Notes: a model not told the origin generated them from the sequence alone. A stretch of DNA of 53,562 bases from Octopus bimaculoides (GCF_001194135.2 NC_068987.1:91309829-91363390), one strand, 5' to 3'. Shown: positions 25,570 to 38,968, numbered from the stretch's first letter. A program made the numbers and translations.

Positions 25570-25830
25570 AAATTTTGGCAGAATGGTTTGAATATCGGAG
25601 AAAATGCCTTGCAGTATTTGTTTGGCGTCTTTACGTTCTGAGTTCAAATCTTCCTGAGGTAAACTTTGTATTTCATCTTTTGAAATCGATAAAATACAGA
25701 CCAACACAGAAGCTACTGGTTTATTAAACGACCCGAATGAAAGGGAAGTGTATTCTGTGTAGGCTGATAGAGTGATGGGCTCTAAGTTTGAAATCGTAGC
25801 TCTTGGTAAATCCTCCCACCCACCAAACAA
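25570..25830 (+). mobile_element. SINE family B copy (diverged)
   Basis: ggcagaatggttt..gtctttacgttctgagttcaaatcttcctgaggtaaactttgtatttcatc..tcgataaaata. Confidence 0.65.
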
Positions 25831-26037
25831 ACAATATTGTTGCTTTGTCCGACGTTAAAGTTTCAAGATTACCGGTTTCCAGTACAAGGGGAGCAGAAGG
25901 CGATCGTGTTTGGGGGTTACTCTGTTCTAGCCTAAGTAATATTGCTCGTTGGCAGCGATAACCAGTTGTATATACATACATACGTACATAATTACATACA
26001 AACATACACACATATACGTGTGTGTGTTTGTGTGTGC

Positions 26038-26081
<44 letters not shown>

Positions 26082-26811
26082 AAGTTCCCTAGAGGTGTGT
26101 AGAAGGTCCAATTCAGTACTAAACTCGAGCTTTAGGCTTTCTCCGCTATCGGATTCTAGACCAATACTGATGTTTTTCAGATGTAGAAAATCCAGGTTTC
26201 ACAACGGTAAAGCTGTTGTGGGTTTAACGAAGAGTAAAATATAATGCAAATAATACGACAAAGAAAAACTTTAACACATCTTTAATCATTAATTACAATT
26301 GTTTCTGTACCATCTCTGCTTCCGACGCCAGATCATCCAAAAATTCCAGGTGAATATTTATGTAATATTTACGGTTTTAAACATTTTGCCGAATGTAAAA
26401 GGACACCTTTGAGCGGGTGGGGTCTTAAGATGCGACGCTTGAATGTTTAAAACGGTAAATACTACAAAGTTTCATTTGGAACTTTTTGCATGAACTGGTG
26501 TTGAAAGCAGGGTTCGTACTGAGACAAATGTAACTGATCACTAAAGAGGTTTAAAGTCTCTCATGTCATCTTATTTGGATTGTGTATGTACACACAGACA
26601 CATATCTGAGGAGACCGGTTTATTTCATATTGATGTAATGTTTGCATTGGTCGATTAAATGGAGCCGTTTGAAACGGCTGTAATGCACTGATATCTGGAA
26701 GTGCTTGTTACTTATTTGCTTTTTATTCACCTAAATTCGACCTGATCGGACTTTACAGAACAGCCTTGATTCCTCAATTTAAATATCTAATTCAACAGCA
26801 TCCGAATCATT

Positions 26812-26863
<52 letters not shown>

Positions 26864-27159
26864 GCACACACAAACACACACACGCACATGTTATCGACCG
26901 CACATACCCAATGTATGTTTTGCTTGTTCGCCAGTTCACTGCCAATAGCGCTTTGGCGATGACTCTCTCATAACACTGGTGTATTAAAACACCTAAAAGT
27001 CGTAGATAGCAAGATAACTCGCCTCTAATCCCATTCAAAAGCGATGGATACCGATATTTCACGATTTTTGTGGCCTATCAACATTACGAGCTTGAATCGG
27101 AGGCTTCATAAATATGAAAGATTTCATTTACACTATCAAATGTCCGGCATGTATATGTA

Positions 27160-27758
27160 TGTTATCAATCAGTTTCATTTCTGTATTTCTTGTCGATAGA
27201 GAAAGAGCCGGACTCTAACATAGATTCAAGGCTCCTTCATTGGAACTTATATCAACATCATCTAGGTATTTGTGCATATGTGTGTGTGTGCAGTATTTGG
27301 TGTTAGTGTATGCGCAGATTTGTATGTTTGTTTTATGGATGCGTTTTTATGTCTAGATGCATGCATATGTATTTATGTGCTAAATGTTTGGAAAGTTTTA
27401 CATATCTTTACAGTTCCATTGATGGCTTGAATCTGTAGTCTTCTAATCAGCCTTTTTCTTTCAGGTTTTGAGAACCCTAATTTTTCCAGGTTTTTGTTGA
27501 GGCAGTTCGTTACATATCCCAATGCCCCAACAATCACGGGTATGAATCTGAACTTGTAGTCTGGGTGGAGTATCTGCAAATTTCTCTGTAGCTCGGCGTA
27601 GTTGTTCTCTTTTTCTCTAATCTTTAGTGGGATGTTGACATCCGCAGGGCAGCTGATTTCTACTACTGTACAGAGTTTCTCTTCTCTGTCCCAGATTACT
27701 ATACCCGGTCTATTATGTCTGCACTTTATTGAGGTTTTTATTGGGACATTCCACCAAT
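27160..27758 (-). mobile_element. R4/Dong-type non-LTR retrotransposon 3' fragment: restriction-like endonuclease plus 3' UTR
   Basis: Open frame 27758-27373: NWWNVPIKTSIKCRHNRPGIVIWDREEKLCTVVEISCPADVNIPLKIREKENNYAELQRNLQILHPDYKFRFIPVIVGALG. This is a PD-(D/E)xK-type RLE with the catalytic PD mutated to PG. Confidence 0.85.
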
Positions 27759-27760
27759 TG

Positions 27761-27793
<33 letters not shown>

Positions 27794-27824
27794 CAAGCTA
27801 TATATATATATATATATATATATA

Positions 27825-28150
27825 GCTTGATTTATGCGTTCGCCACCACAATCTCGTTTAGGCTTAGCAGCCCTTCCTGTTTGTGTTACCTATTTTGCCC
27901 CTCCGCAAAATCCCAAATTTTATCTAATTTGCGGGAGCAACTGTTTTATCGAAAACCTATATTGTTGTTAAATGTTCGAAATAGGAGACTAGAAAAAACA
28001 ACCAACAACTAATGAAGGGTCATTCTTTATATGGTTTGTTTGTTTTCCATTTGTGACTTTCGTTGTTCGAAAGAATAGTTCATGTTTCATGTACTCTTGA
28101 TTCGTACTTTTTTGTTGTACACGTCTTATGACAGCCTGTGCCCACATATG
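27825..28150 (+). repeat. (TA)n-associated interspersed repeat, family shared with 23665-23935
   Basis: Same shared motifs as the 23665 copy; flanked by (TA)n on both sides. Confidence 0.55.
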
Positions 28151-28538
28151 CATATATATATATATATGTATATGTATACATACGGATAGATATATGTACA
28201 TATACGTATGTATATATGCATATATATATAATATTTATATATANNNNNNNNNNNNNNNNNNNNNNNNNNNNNNNNNNNNNNNNNNNNNNNNNNNNNNNNN
28301 NNNNNNNNNNNNNNNNNNNNNNNNNNNNNNNNNNNNNNNNNNNNNNNNNNNNNNNNNNNNNNNNNNNNNNNNNNNNNNNNNNNNNNNNNNNNNNNNNNNN
28401 NNNNNNNNNNNNNNNNNNNNNNNNNNNNNNNNNNNNNNNNNNNNNNNNNNNNNNNNNNNNNNNNNNNNNNNNNNNNNNNNNNNNNNNNNNNNNNNNNNNN
28501 NNNNNNNNNNNNNNNNNNNNNNNNNNNNNNNNNNNNNN

Positions 28539-28919
28539 CACACACACACACGTTCACGCACAAATGTACACACACAAACACACACACATTCCTTTAGTCC
28601 CTTTGGTGTCCGCGCTGGTGCAGGTATACAATATAATCATTGATAATATGCATCTATATATGTATAATATGTATATATATATACACATGCCGGCCGTTTG
28701 AGTTACCAGCTACGCCAATTATAAAAACAACTAGTTCACGCACACACAAACATACATGCACAAATACGCACGCACACACACACACACACGTTCACGCACA
28801 AATGTACACACACAAACACACACACATTCCTTTAGTCCCTTTGGTGTCCGCGCTGGTGCAGGTATACAATATAATCATTGATAATATGCATCTATATATG
28901 TATAATATGTATATATATG
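28539..28919. repeat. ~143 bp identical direct duplication (28539-28681 and 28777-28919)
   Basis: cgttcacgcacaaatgtac..gtccgcgctggtgcaggtatacaatataatc occurs twice at offset 238; the first copy abuts an N gap. Confidence 0.85.
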
Positions 28920-29588
28920 TATACTATGTATGTAAAATATATAGTATGTATGTGTATATAATATCTATACGCATAAATGAATGATACGAATGTGATATAT
29001 GCATATAATACATACGAATGCATATAATATGTTCATTCTTTTGTTGTCTGTTTCCAATTTATATGTTAGCGTTTCCCATCATGAAATATAAATTTACTGT
29101 TCTGTTTTTCGCAACTCTATACCAAAAATGTGAATGTTCCTGCTACAATGAATTATGAATCATAGAAGACAATGAATATGTGTAAGGTGGTTTTTTTTAT
29201 TGATATTTTGATCTATTGATAGTTATTGATACTTTGAAATCTGCCTGAGGAGATGCAACGAGAACAGAATAAAACAGCTTAAAAGGGAAGGAAAAAATGG
29301 CTGCAAAGCTCCAGTAACCTATAACACTCTCCTATAATTGTCTATAAATATACGCAGTCTTCTCCTTCATTCTATACACACGCTTTTATACACACACTCA
29401 AGCACTTACCCAGTCACTTCACTATATAGATGAAGATGAGTACCAGCGTTTACACGAAGCGAGCTTGGTGATTGTTGAGAGATTTCTCTCGACAAGAAAG
29501 CGTTGGTAGTCTTAACACACAAATAAAGAATGTCCATCCACCAATGTCATGTTGAGCACTCAATCCTACTGTTTTGATATTAGTGAGT

Positions 29589-29619
<31 letters not shown>

Positions 29620-30058
29620 NNNNNNNNNNNNNNNNNNNNNNNNNNNNNNNNNNNNNNNNNNNNNNNNNNNNNNNNNNNNNNNNNNNNNNNNNNNNNNNNN
29701 NNNNNNNNNNNNNNNNNNNNNNNNNNNNNNNNNNNNNNNNNNNNNNNNNNNNNNNNNNNNNNNNNNNNNNNNNNNNNNNNNNNNNNNNNNNNNNNNNNNN
29801 NNNNNNNNNNNNNNNNNNNNNNNNNNNNNNNNNNNNNNNNNNNNNNNNNNNNNNNNNNNNNNNNNNNNNNNNNNNNNNNNNNNNNNNNNNNNNNNNNNNN
29901 NNNNNNNNNNNNNNNNNNNNNNNNNNNNNNNNNNNNNNNNNNNNNNNNNNNNNNNNNNNNNNNNNNNNNNNNNNNNNNNNNNNNNNNNNNNNNNNNNNNN
30001 NNNNNNNNNNNNNNNNNNNNNNNNNNNNNNNNNNNNNNNNNNNNNNNNNNNNNNNNNN

Positions 30059-30112
<54 letters not shown>

Positions 30113-30142
30113 ACACACGCACATACAGACAGACACACACAC

Positions 30143-30305
30143 GATGGGCTTATTTTCAGTTTCCGTCCTACAAATAAACTCACAAAGCTTTTGTCGACCA
30201 GAGGCCATGGTAGAAAACACCCAAATTGCCACGTAATGGGACTGAACCCAGAACCATATGATTGGGAAGTAAACTTCTTACCCCACAGTCACGCCTTCGC
30301 CTATT
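30143..30305 (-). mobile_element. SINE family A 5' half
   Basis: Reverse complement of the family A head and body (ttcagtttccgtc..gggactgaacccagaacc..cttcttacc..cagtcacgcc). Confidence 0.75.
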
Positions 30306-30474
30306 TGCCTTTAGTCCTTTTCGGGGTTGATAGAATAAAATTCTAGTCAATAAGTAGAGTCGACTTATTCCGTTCTCAAATTTATCTTAGAAATAATTAT
30401 TTAAGACAATTTGGTGTGATTTGAAGAAATCGGGCAATTAGGAAAAGGTTACTCTTGGACGATCGTGGTCAAAG

Positions 30475-30810
30475 GTTCACGCATGTTGTTACGGCACTCC
30501 ATCGGTTACAACGACGAGGGTTCCAGCTGATGAAACCAACGAAACACCCTGTTCGTGAAATTAACGTGCAAGTGGCTGAGCACTCCACAGACACGTGTAC
30601 CCTTAACGTAATTCTCGGGGATATTCAGCGTGACACAGAGTGTGACAAGGCTGGCCCTTTGAAATATAGGTACAACAGAAACAGGATGAGAGAGTGAAAG
30701 CAAGTTGTGATGAAAGAGTACAGCAGGGTTCGCCTGGTCTGGGAATCGAAACCGCGATCGTATGACCGCGAGTCCGTTGCCCTAACCACTGGGCCATTGC
30801 GCCCCCCACA
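30475..30810 (-). mobile_element. tRNA-derived SINE family D, middle domain deleted
   Basis: Minus head GGGGCGCAATGGCCCAGTGGTTAGGG..GCGGTTTCGATTCCC has A and B boxes; it is joined to the tail shared with 36065 and 42015. Confidence 0.82.
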
Positions 30811-31039
30811 GATCACGCATGTGACTTGTCATCGAATAAATCGGATTATAAATGTTGGATAACTGATTCTATTTTTCCAACGAGTATAATGGGAATTATA
30901 CTAATAATACTTTTAGAACTAGTCGACTGTTTGGTCACACCAAAAGTATTTCGCTATTTACTAAAGAATTAATCAATATGTTACAGCGAGAATCGAAAGT
31001 TAAGTTCCCGAGTCATAGGAACTCGTAGCTCTCCACGGT

Positions 31040-31240
31040 TTCCATGGCGTATTATTCCCCAACTGAACGGGAGGCGCCGGTCTGCTCCCGGATTACTCAT
31101 TTTTGTATGCTGAGTGAAGTGGAGCAACGTGAAATGAAGTGTCTTGCTGAAGAACACAACACGTCGCCTGGTCAGGGAATCGAAACCATGATCTTACAAT
31201 CATAAGTCCAACACGCTAACCACTAAGCTACGCGTCTTCG
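31040..31240 (-). mobile_element. tRNA-derived SINE with CORE-like domain (family E)
   Basis: Minus head TAGCTTAGTGGTTAGCG..GGTTTCGATTCCC followed by cagcaagacacttcatttcacgttgctccac. Confidence 0.75.
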
Positions 31241-31434
31241 CATCGGGAATAAACAGAAAGTAAAATAATATAATTGATATGAATGCTACATTTATGCCAA
31301 ATATGCAAATGAGGGAGTTGTTATATTTAATTTTATTGTAATTTGATAAATGTTTTATATTTTGAAAATCTCGAGTATTTATTTCGTTATTTTCAATCAA
31401 CTTCATGATTATTTTTTTACGACTAAAACTAATA

Positions 31435-31800
31435 TTCATTTCTAATTTTGGCACAATGCCGGCATTTTCGGGGTAAGGAGATAAGTCGATTGTATCGATC
31501 CCTGTGTTCAACCGGTAACTATTTTTTCGACTACAAAAGGATGAAAGGCAATGCCGCTAAGCATTTTTTTCCGCCGTGTTAACGATTCTTTTCTACTCAA
31601 GGCACAAGGACCGAAATTTCTGAAGAGGAGGCCAGTCGATTAGATCAACCCCAGTACGCAACTAGTACTTAATTTATCGATCCTCGAAAGGATAAAAGGC
31701 AAAGTCGACCTTGGCGGAATTTGAACTCAAAACGTAAAGACGGACGAAATACCGTTAAGTATTTCACCAGGTGTGCTAACGACTCTGCCAGGTCATCCCC
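31435..31800 (-). mobile_element. Two tandem SINE family B copies
   Basis: Two occurrences of ..tcga..aaaggat(g/a)aaaggcaa..; the second copy is near full length. Confidence 0.78.
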
Positions 31801-31855
<55 letters not shown>

Positions 31856-31856
31856 G

Positions 31857-32037
31857 CCAGACATAGGCTTAATTGAGAAAGAAAGCAAACTATTCTGGGT
31901 GATAGACATAGCATGCCCAGCTGACAACAAGGTATGCGATAAGGAAGAAAGAAAAGTCGATAGATATGACAGGTTAGCTTGGGAAGTTAAGCAGTTGTGG
32001 TCGATGAAAAAGGTAGTAGTAGTTGTAGTACCAATAA
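31857..32037 (+). mobile_element. Second R4/Dong-type RLE fragment (distinct family), 5' abutting (ACT)n and cut by a gap
   Basis: PDIGLIEKESKLFWVIDIACPADNKVCDKEERKVDRYDRLAWEVKQLWSMKKVVVV..PI fits the PD..D.A.P...K..K.Y RLE signature. Confidence 0.82.
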
Positions 32038-32918
32038 NNNNNNNNNNNNNNNNNNNNNNNNNNNNNNNNNNNNNNNNNNNNNNNNNNNNNNNNNNNNNNN
32101 NNNNNNNNNNNNNNNNNNNNNNNNNNNNNNNNNNNNNNNNNNNNNNNNNNNNNNNNNNNNNNNNNNNNNNNNNNNNNNNNNNNNNNNNNNNNNNNNNNNN
32201 NNNNNNNNNNNNNNNNNNNNNNNNNNNNNNNNNNNNNNNNNNNNNNNNNNNNNNNNNNNNNNNNNNNNNNNNNNNNNNNNNNNNNNNNNNNNNNNNNNNN
32301 NNNNNNNNNNNNNNNNNNNNNNNNNNNNNNNNNNNNNNNNNNNNNNNNNNNNNNNNNNNNNNNNNNNNNNNTATATATATATATATATATTACCGAATAC
32401 ATATATTATTGTGCTGTGTTTGTGGTTATGCTTCTGTGTATGCGTGCGCGTGCGTGAGTGTAGGTGTGAATGAAGGGGAGAAAAGGTGAGAGACAGAAAT
32501 AAGGAGAAAGTGAAATATAATTATACATTAACATGGAAATATAATTTGCACCACGAGACAGGAAACTATAAATTTAAACAAGATCTTGCTGCTTAGAATT
32601 ACGTAAACCTACAAGTTATAATAGTCTGGAAAACAAGGTGAATTTTACTGGTTAATGAAATTATTGCAATGTTAAACAAAATATCTGACGTGATTCAATT
32701 AATAATATGTTATCTGTGAGTGTTTGCGTTTCAGAAACGAACAACACACAACGTAATGCTTAAGAACATACATAAATACAGCCGCGCATACATACGCACG
32801 CCGACACACATATACATGTACAAATATATATACATGTACACATATATGTAAGGTACATATACATATATATGTAAGGTATATATACATATATATGTAAGGT
32901 ATATATACATATATATGT

Positions 32919-32954
<36 letters not shown>

Positions 32955-34068
32955 NNNNNNNNNNNNNNNNNNNNNNNNNNNNNNNNNNNNNNNNNNNNNN
33001 NNNNNNNNNNNNNNNNNNNNNNNNNNNNNNNNNNNNNNNNNNNNNNNNNNNNNNNNNNNNNNNNNNNNNNNNNNNNNNNNNNNNNNNNNNNNNNNNNNNN
33101 NNNNNNNNNNNNNNNNNNNNNNNNNNNNNNNNNNNNNNNNNNNNNNNNNNNNNNNNNNNNNNNNNNNNNNNNNNNNNNNNNNNNNNNNNNNNNNNNNNNN
33201 NNNNNNNNNNNNNNNNNNNNNNNNNNNNNNNNNNNNNNNNNNNNNNNNNNNNNNNNNNNNNNNNNNNNNNNNNNNNNNNNNNNNNNNNNNNNNNNNNNNN
33301 NNNNNNNNNNNNNNNNNNNNNNNNNNNNNNNNNNNNNNNNNNNNNNNNNNNNNNNNNNNNNNNNNNNNNNNNNNNNNNNNNNNNNNNNNNNNNNNNNNNN
33401 NNNNNNNNNNNNNNNNNNNNNNNNNNNNNNNNNNNNNNNNNNNNNNNNNNNNNNNNNNNNNNNNNNNNNNNNNNNNNNNNNNNNNNNNNNNNNNNNNNNN
33501 NNNNNNNNNNNNNNNNNNNNNNNNNNNNNNNNNNNNNNNNNNNNNNNNNNNNNNNNNNNNNNNNNNNNNNNNNNNNNNNNNNNNNNNNNNNNNNNNNNNN
33601 NNNNNNNNNNNNNNNNNNNNNNNNNNNNNNNNNNNNNNNNNNNNNNNNNNNNNNNNNNNNNNNNNNNNNNNNNNNNNNNNNNNNNNNNNNNNNNNNNNNN
33701 NNNNNNNNNNNNNNNNNNNNNNNNNNNNNNNNNNNNNNNNNNNNNTGGGATTCGAAGAATCAAACATATTTCGTACTAAGCTCCCCTGTGGGGCGCATTA
33801 GTAACAAAAATGGCCGAGATTTGGGATGAGATAAACCTTTGCATCGTTCTGAAAACCAAGGAGATACACAATGATTGAAAGAATGTATCTAAATGCAGCA
33901 GATAAGTGAGCTAAGGGACCAGATGTTTATATTACATTCGTTTACGGCTGTTTCATAATCTTGTTTGTTATATAATGGATATCACATCAATATTTACAGG
34001 CATATGAATATACATACATACATACATACATACATACATACATACATACATACATACATACAAACATA

Positions 34069-34105
<37 letters not shown>

Positions 34106-34209
34106 TGTGTATGCGTATGTACAGCCACATACGATACAAAGGTGCTGAGAAGGAAATCAGGACAGTTCATAGTAGTCGAAGACATCAACTCTATTACAGA
34201 GAGCAAGCT

Positions 34210-35367
34210 GACACCGGCACCCATCATCGACCCTATCACATCACCGACGCCTTCACCTGCACTTCTACCAATATCATCTATTGCTTCTCCTGCTCTCTCT
34301 GCCCTTCTCTATACATCGGGAAAACGGGACGCCGCTTGGCTGACCGGTACGCGGAACACCTCCGAGACATCCGACTCGGCAATGACACCACGGTCTCACG
34401 CCATTTCCACTCTACCGGTCACTCTTTGCAACATCTGTCCGTGTTCGGATTGTCCTAGCACAGAGGCCATCCGGACTCCCGTTTGCGCCATGAACAGGGA
34501 TTAATCTTCTCTCTTCGCTCTTTTGCTCCACATGGGCTCAACTCTCCTCCCCTCTTCATCTAACCTCCACCCCTTGCTTCTCTCCCCCTCTCACCTACAT
34601 CCTCCCACCCACCTCTCCCCTCTTGCTCCGACTCCTACTTCTCTTCTCTCCTAATCTCTTTCTCTCCTCTCTCTTCACTTCACTCCTACCCACCTTCTCC
34701 ATCCCCTTAATCGTCAACCCTCCCTCATAAGCCCACATTACCCCTACACATTCCAGTCCCACCTTCCCTATCCTTCCCATCCCACCCCACACATCNNNNN
34801 NNNNNNNNNNNNNNNNNNNNNNNNNNNNCATCCCTTACACCCACTTACATACCCCACCTCTACTCTCACCCTCAGCCTAACCCACACACCACTCTTGTTT
34901 TCTCCACTGTCGCTTCCACCACCTCCCAACACCATCACACCACACCACACACCACTACACCATACCACACAATACATCACATCACAACACACCACCACTG
35001 ACCACTTCCCTGCCCCACATTTTCACACCTACACATACACACACGCACTCGTCAAGATCACCAGTCCTCTTCCACACGCACATACGAACTCTCTTATACT
35101 ACGCACGCTCACCTTCGTTTTGGGATCACCATTACGTTATTATCTCCCCTTCTTCCTAGCTCTCCTGTATGACCCTTCTGTCCGGCATTCACCATGATAG
35201 ATCGCTAGCCACTACACATTCTTTTTTCTCTCCTTGTTTCTCTCTTTGTTTCTTTCTGTTAAAGGCTCGAAAAGTTAAAGACTTTTTTACTTCCCGAGCC
35301 TTATATTAATACATCTGTTTGTTGTCTACACCTTTCTTCGTCTTTTGTTTTTTTTTTCTGAATTCTC

Positions 35368-35370
<3 letters not shown>
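34210..35370 (+). mobile_element. Penelope-like element 3' fragment: GIY-YIG endonuclease, C-rich 3' UTR and terminal repeat
   Basis: ITDAFTCTSTNIIYCFSCSLCPSLYIGKTGRRLADRYAEHLRDIRLGNDTTVSRHF..GHSLQHLSVFGLS*..RLRHEQGLIFSLRSFAPHGLN, true stop near 34563; ends at (TA)n. Confidence 0.9.
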
Positions 35371-35446
<76 letters not shown>

Positions 35447-36004
35447 ACAGGTGATATATGTACTAAACATGCTGTCATTTATAATTTATTTTAAGGTAGC
35501 AATGGCCATAGATGAATACAAATTCAATGAAAGAAGCAGTTGATAAATACAAGGAAATTCAAAAATTGAAATGATCAGAAAAATAATGGGAATTGAATAG
35601 GTTTATTAAAGAAATTGGCTTCGAAGGAAAGATGGAAATATATACCAAAGAAGTCTTACCATTCTAGTATTAATTTAGATGAATAACACTAAATAAATAA
35701 ATGAATAATGAATAAGTCAGTGGAAAGAAAGGTATATTGTTATCTCGAAGGACGGCACAGTTTTCTCAAGAACATTGATATGGTATCAGCATTTCGCACA
35801 TATTCCCATTATGAGAATAACCACAAGAACAATTGCACGGACGTTCATTCATTCATATGCGAGTATTTGCAAATACATTTATGTACATATACACGCATAC
35901 GTGCCTTTGAGCACGTACACACACATATACCATACATACACACACATACGCACACNNNNNNNNNNGAGCACGTACACACACATATACCATACATACACAC
36001 ACAT

Positions 36005-36056
<52 letters not shown>

Positions 36057-36064
36057 GTACACAT

Positions 36065-36445
36065 ATTGTGGCACTCCGTCAATTGCGACGACAAGGGTTC
36101 CAGTTGATCCGATCAACGGAACAGCCTGCTCGTGAAATTAACGTGCAAGTGGCTGAGCAAGACACGTGTACCCTTAACATAGTTCTCTGGGAGATTCAGT
36201 GTGACACACAGAGCGACAAGGCTGGCCCTTTGAAATACAGGTACAACAGAAACAGGAAGAAAGAATGAGAGAAAGTTGTGGTGAAGGAGTACAGCAGGGT
36301 CCGCCACTACCCACTGCCAGAGCCGTGAAGAGCATTAGGTGTTTTCGCTCAATAAACACTCGCAGCGCCCAGTCTAGGAATCGAAACCGCGATCCTACGA
36401 CAGTGAGTCCGCTGCCCTTACCACTGGGCCATTGTGCCTCCATAC
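36065..36445 (-). mobile_element. tRNA-derived SINE family D, near full length
   Basis: Minus head GGAGGCACAATGGCCCAGTGGTAAGGG..GGTTTCGATTCCT, a middle domain, and the same tail as 30475. Confidence 0.85.
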
Positions 36446-37167
36446 ACACACAGACATATAATATCGCACAAAGCACTAATTTCGAAGAAGTGATATAATG
36501 GTAAAAGATTAATAATTAGTTAATTAACTAAAGCGGATTATAATCACATTCAATTGTTTGAATGCTTTATGACTTGTTACCCACAAAAAGTAATTAGGGG
36601 GTGGGGTGGGGGCCCACAATCAGGCATTTATAACAATTCAGCCTTAGACTACAGCATTAACGAATATAAAAGTTCAAATATTTTCACTAAATTAACGATA
36701 GCTTAAGTTGTAAATGGAAACAATGAGCTAAAAGATTATGAAAGAGTATTATAAAATATGAATTCACAGAATCATGAAGCTATCACAATAAGCTCCTCAT
36801 TCGGCATCGGTTATCAGTCTACGTAGCAATAATTTGCAATATAGTGTAATTTAATGTGTCCATGTAACTGAAAATATAGAAAACCTGAACAAAAACATTT
36901 TCATCGAGGAGTATATAAATCATAAAGTCAGGAGGTGTGAGAGGTGAAGATAAATTTATTTTTCCATATAATTTCTATATGATTACGGCCGTTTCGTAAC
37001 CTTCTTCATGTAGAAATTTCAGTATACAAAAAAATATGCGTACAATTTTGCATTAATATGTTCAACATTATACAATAGTAAACACATCGAGAATGATGTT
37101 TTGTTGGCCCATTTTTTGTATCACCTAACTGTCTGGATGTTTTGCGTTCTTGTCCTACTTTTGAATG

Positions 37168-37207
<40 letters not shown>

Positions 37208-37769
37208 NNNNNNNNNNNNNNNNNNNNNNNNNNNNNNNNNNNNNNNNNNNNNNNNNNNNNNNNNNNNNNNNNNNNNNNNNNNNNNNNNNNNNNNNNNNNN
37301 NNNNNNNNNNNNNNNNNNNNNNNNNNNNNNNNNNNNNNNNNNNNNNNNNNNNNNNNNNNNNNNNNNNNNNNNNNNNNNNNNNNNNNNNNNNNNNNNNNNN
37401 NNNNNNNNNNNNNNNNNNNNNNNNNNNNNNNNNNNNNNNNNNNNNNNNNNNNNNNNNNNNNNNNNNNNNNNNNNNNNNNNNNNNNNNNNNNNNNNNNNNN
37501 NNNNNNNNNNNNNNNNNNNNNNNNNNNNNNNNNNNNNNNNNNNNNNNNNNNNNNNNNNNNNNNNNNNNNNNNNNNNNNNNNNNNNNNNNNNNNNNNNNNN
37601 NNNNNNNNNNNNNNNNNNNNNNNNACACACACACACACACAGAAATCATTCAAATAACGCGAGTAAAATTTGAGGCGAAGAGAAAGTAAATCAACGCAAA
37701 AAGTTATGCGGAGAAGGAAAACATAGGCATAAAATGAGTAAAAATATATAAGGCATAAAAACAACAATG

Positions 37770-37940
37770 TTGTGTAGTTTACGCCCCAGTAATCTAGCGG
37801 TTCGGCAAAAGATTCCGACAGAATAAGATCCAAGGTTATAAAAAAGACAAGTATCGTAGTGGATTCATTCGACTAAAAATTCTTCGAGGTGGTGCCCCAG
37901 AATGGCAGCAGTCTAATGACTGAAACGAGTGAAAGATAGA
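37770..37940 (+). mobile_element. SINE family A 3' tail
   Basis: gtttacgccccagtaatctagcggttcggcaaaaga..gccccagaatggcagcagtctaatgactgaaac. Confidence 0.75.
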
Positions 37941-38400
37941 GGAGAAAAGATTACATTAAGTCGCCCTGCAGGACAAAAGCAGTTCCTGTCATAAAGATGG
38001 ATAAACAGTGTTTAGAGTCAATGATTTGTTAGCGATAGCGATGGGAAGGTAAAAGGACGTGAAGTGGGGAACGAGCATACGGTCAAATAATTGTGGGAGA
38101 GAGGAATCTCTAAAAATTATAACCATTGCAGGAGATGATGTGGATAGGACACATTGCGGCTGCTTCTGTTATTTTCTGTTTTCTGGTTTCTATTTACGAT
38201 CCGTTTAAGAGTATGTTTGGGTATTATTTGGCAAACATCAATAAGAGAAGCAATACGTATGAGGTGGACTGCGACAGAATGGCAAGTCAGTATTTAACGC
38301 TTTAGTTTTTAGCATTCGTACAATTTCTAGCATGCAGTGATGAGAGCAAGATAGATAGATAGATAGATAGATACATATATATGTGCATATATATATATAT

Positions 38401-38443
<43 letters not shown>

Positions 38444-38899
38444 GAGAGAGAAAGAGAGAGAGAGCAAGAGAGTGATATGGTATATGATTAGTATATATTG
38501 TAGAGGAAGTATATTATTGGTACACATTTTATCGATGCAGGAAAAAGATGAAAGAACGAATGTCGATCCCAGACCGATTGGATTTGAATTTCGATGAATG
38601 AAAGAAGTGAAATGATTTATCGATTCTTTTTAGTCCAGCTCACCAGTGACCCGGCTACTTTGAACACTTTTACAACAAAAGATTTTCATCTATTAAAAAC
38701 AACAACAAGAAAAAACAAACAAACGACTGGATAAAAGAGAAAACAAGAGAGAAAACGAATTACATCATAGCTCCATTGTTGTCGAAATCAAATTATCAAT
38801 GTCTGCTTAGAAGTGTGGTTATATTATGGTGAATGTGCATATATTACAGAGTTATAGCGTGAAGACATGTCATAGCTAATAGCGTACGCTCTTATGTAT

Positions 38900-38968
<69 letters not shown>

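Noticed and set aside
26179-26205. DVENPG peptide resembling a 2A motif
   Set aside because: It lacks the D(V/I)ExNPGP consensus and is not within a long ORF.
29425-29470. GATGAGTACCAG..TACACGAAGC hammerhead-like relic
   Set aside because: Both boxes and stem II are too degraded to support from this copy alone.
30740-30810. tRNA-like sequences (also 31170-31240, 36370-36445, 44360-44428)
   Set aside because: They have A/B boxes but no closed acceptor stem and continue into repeat bodies; these are SINE heads, not tRNA genes.
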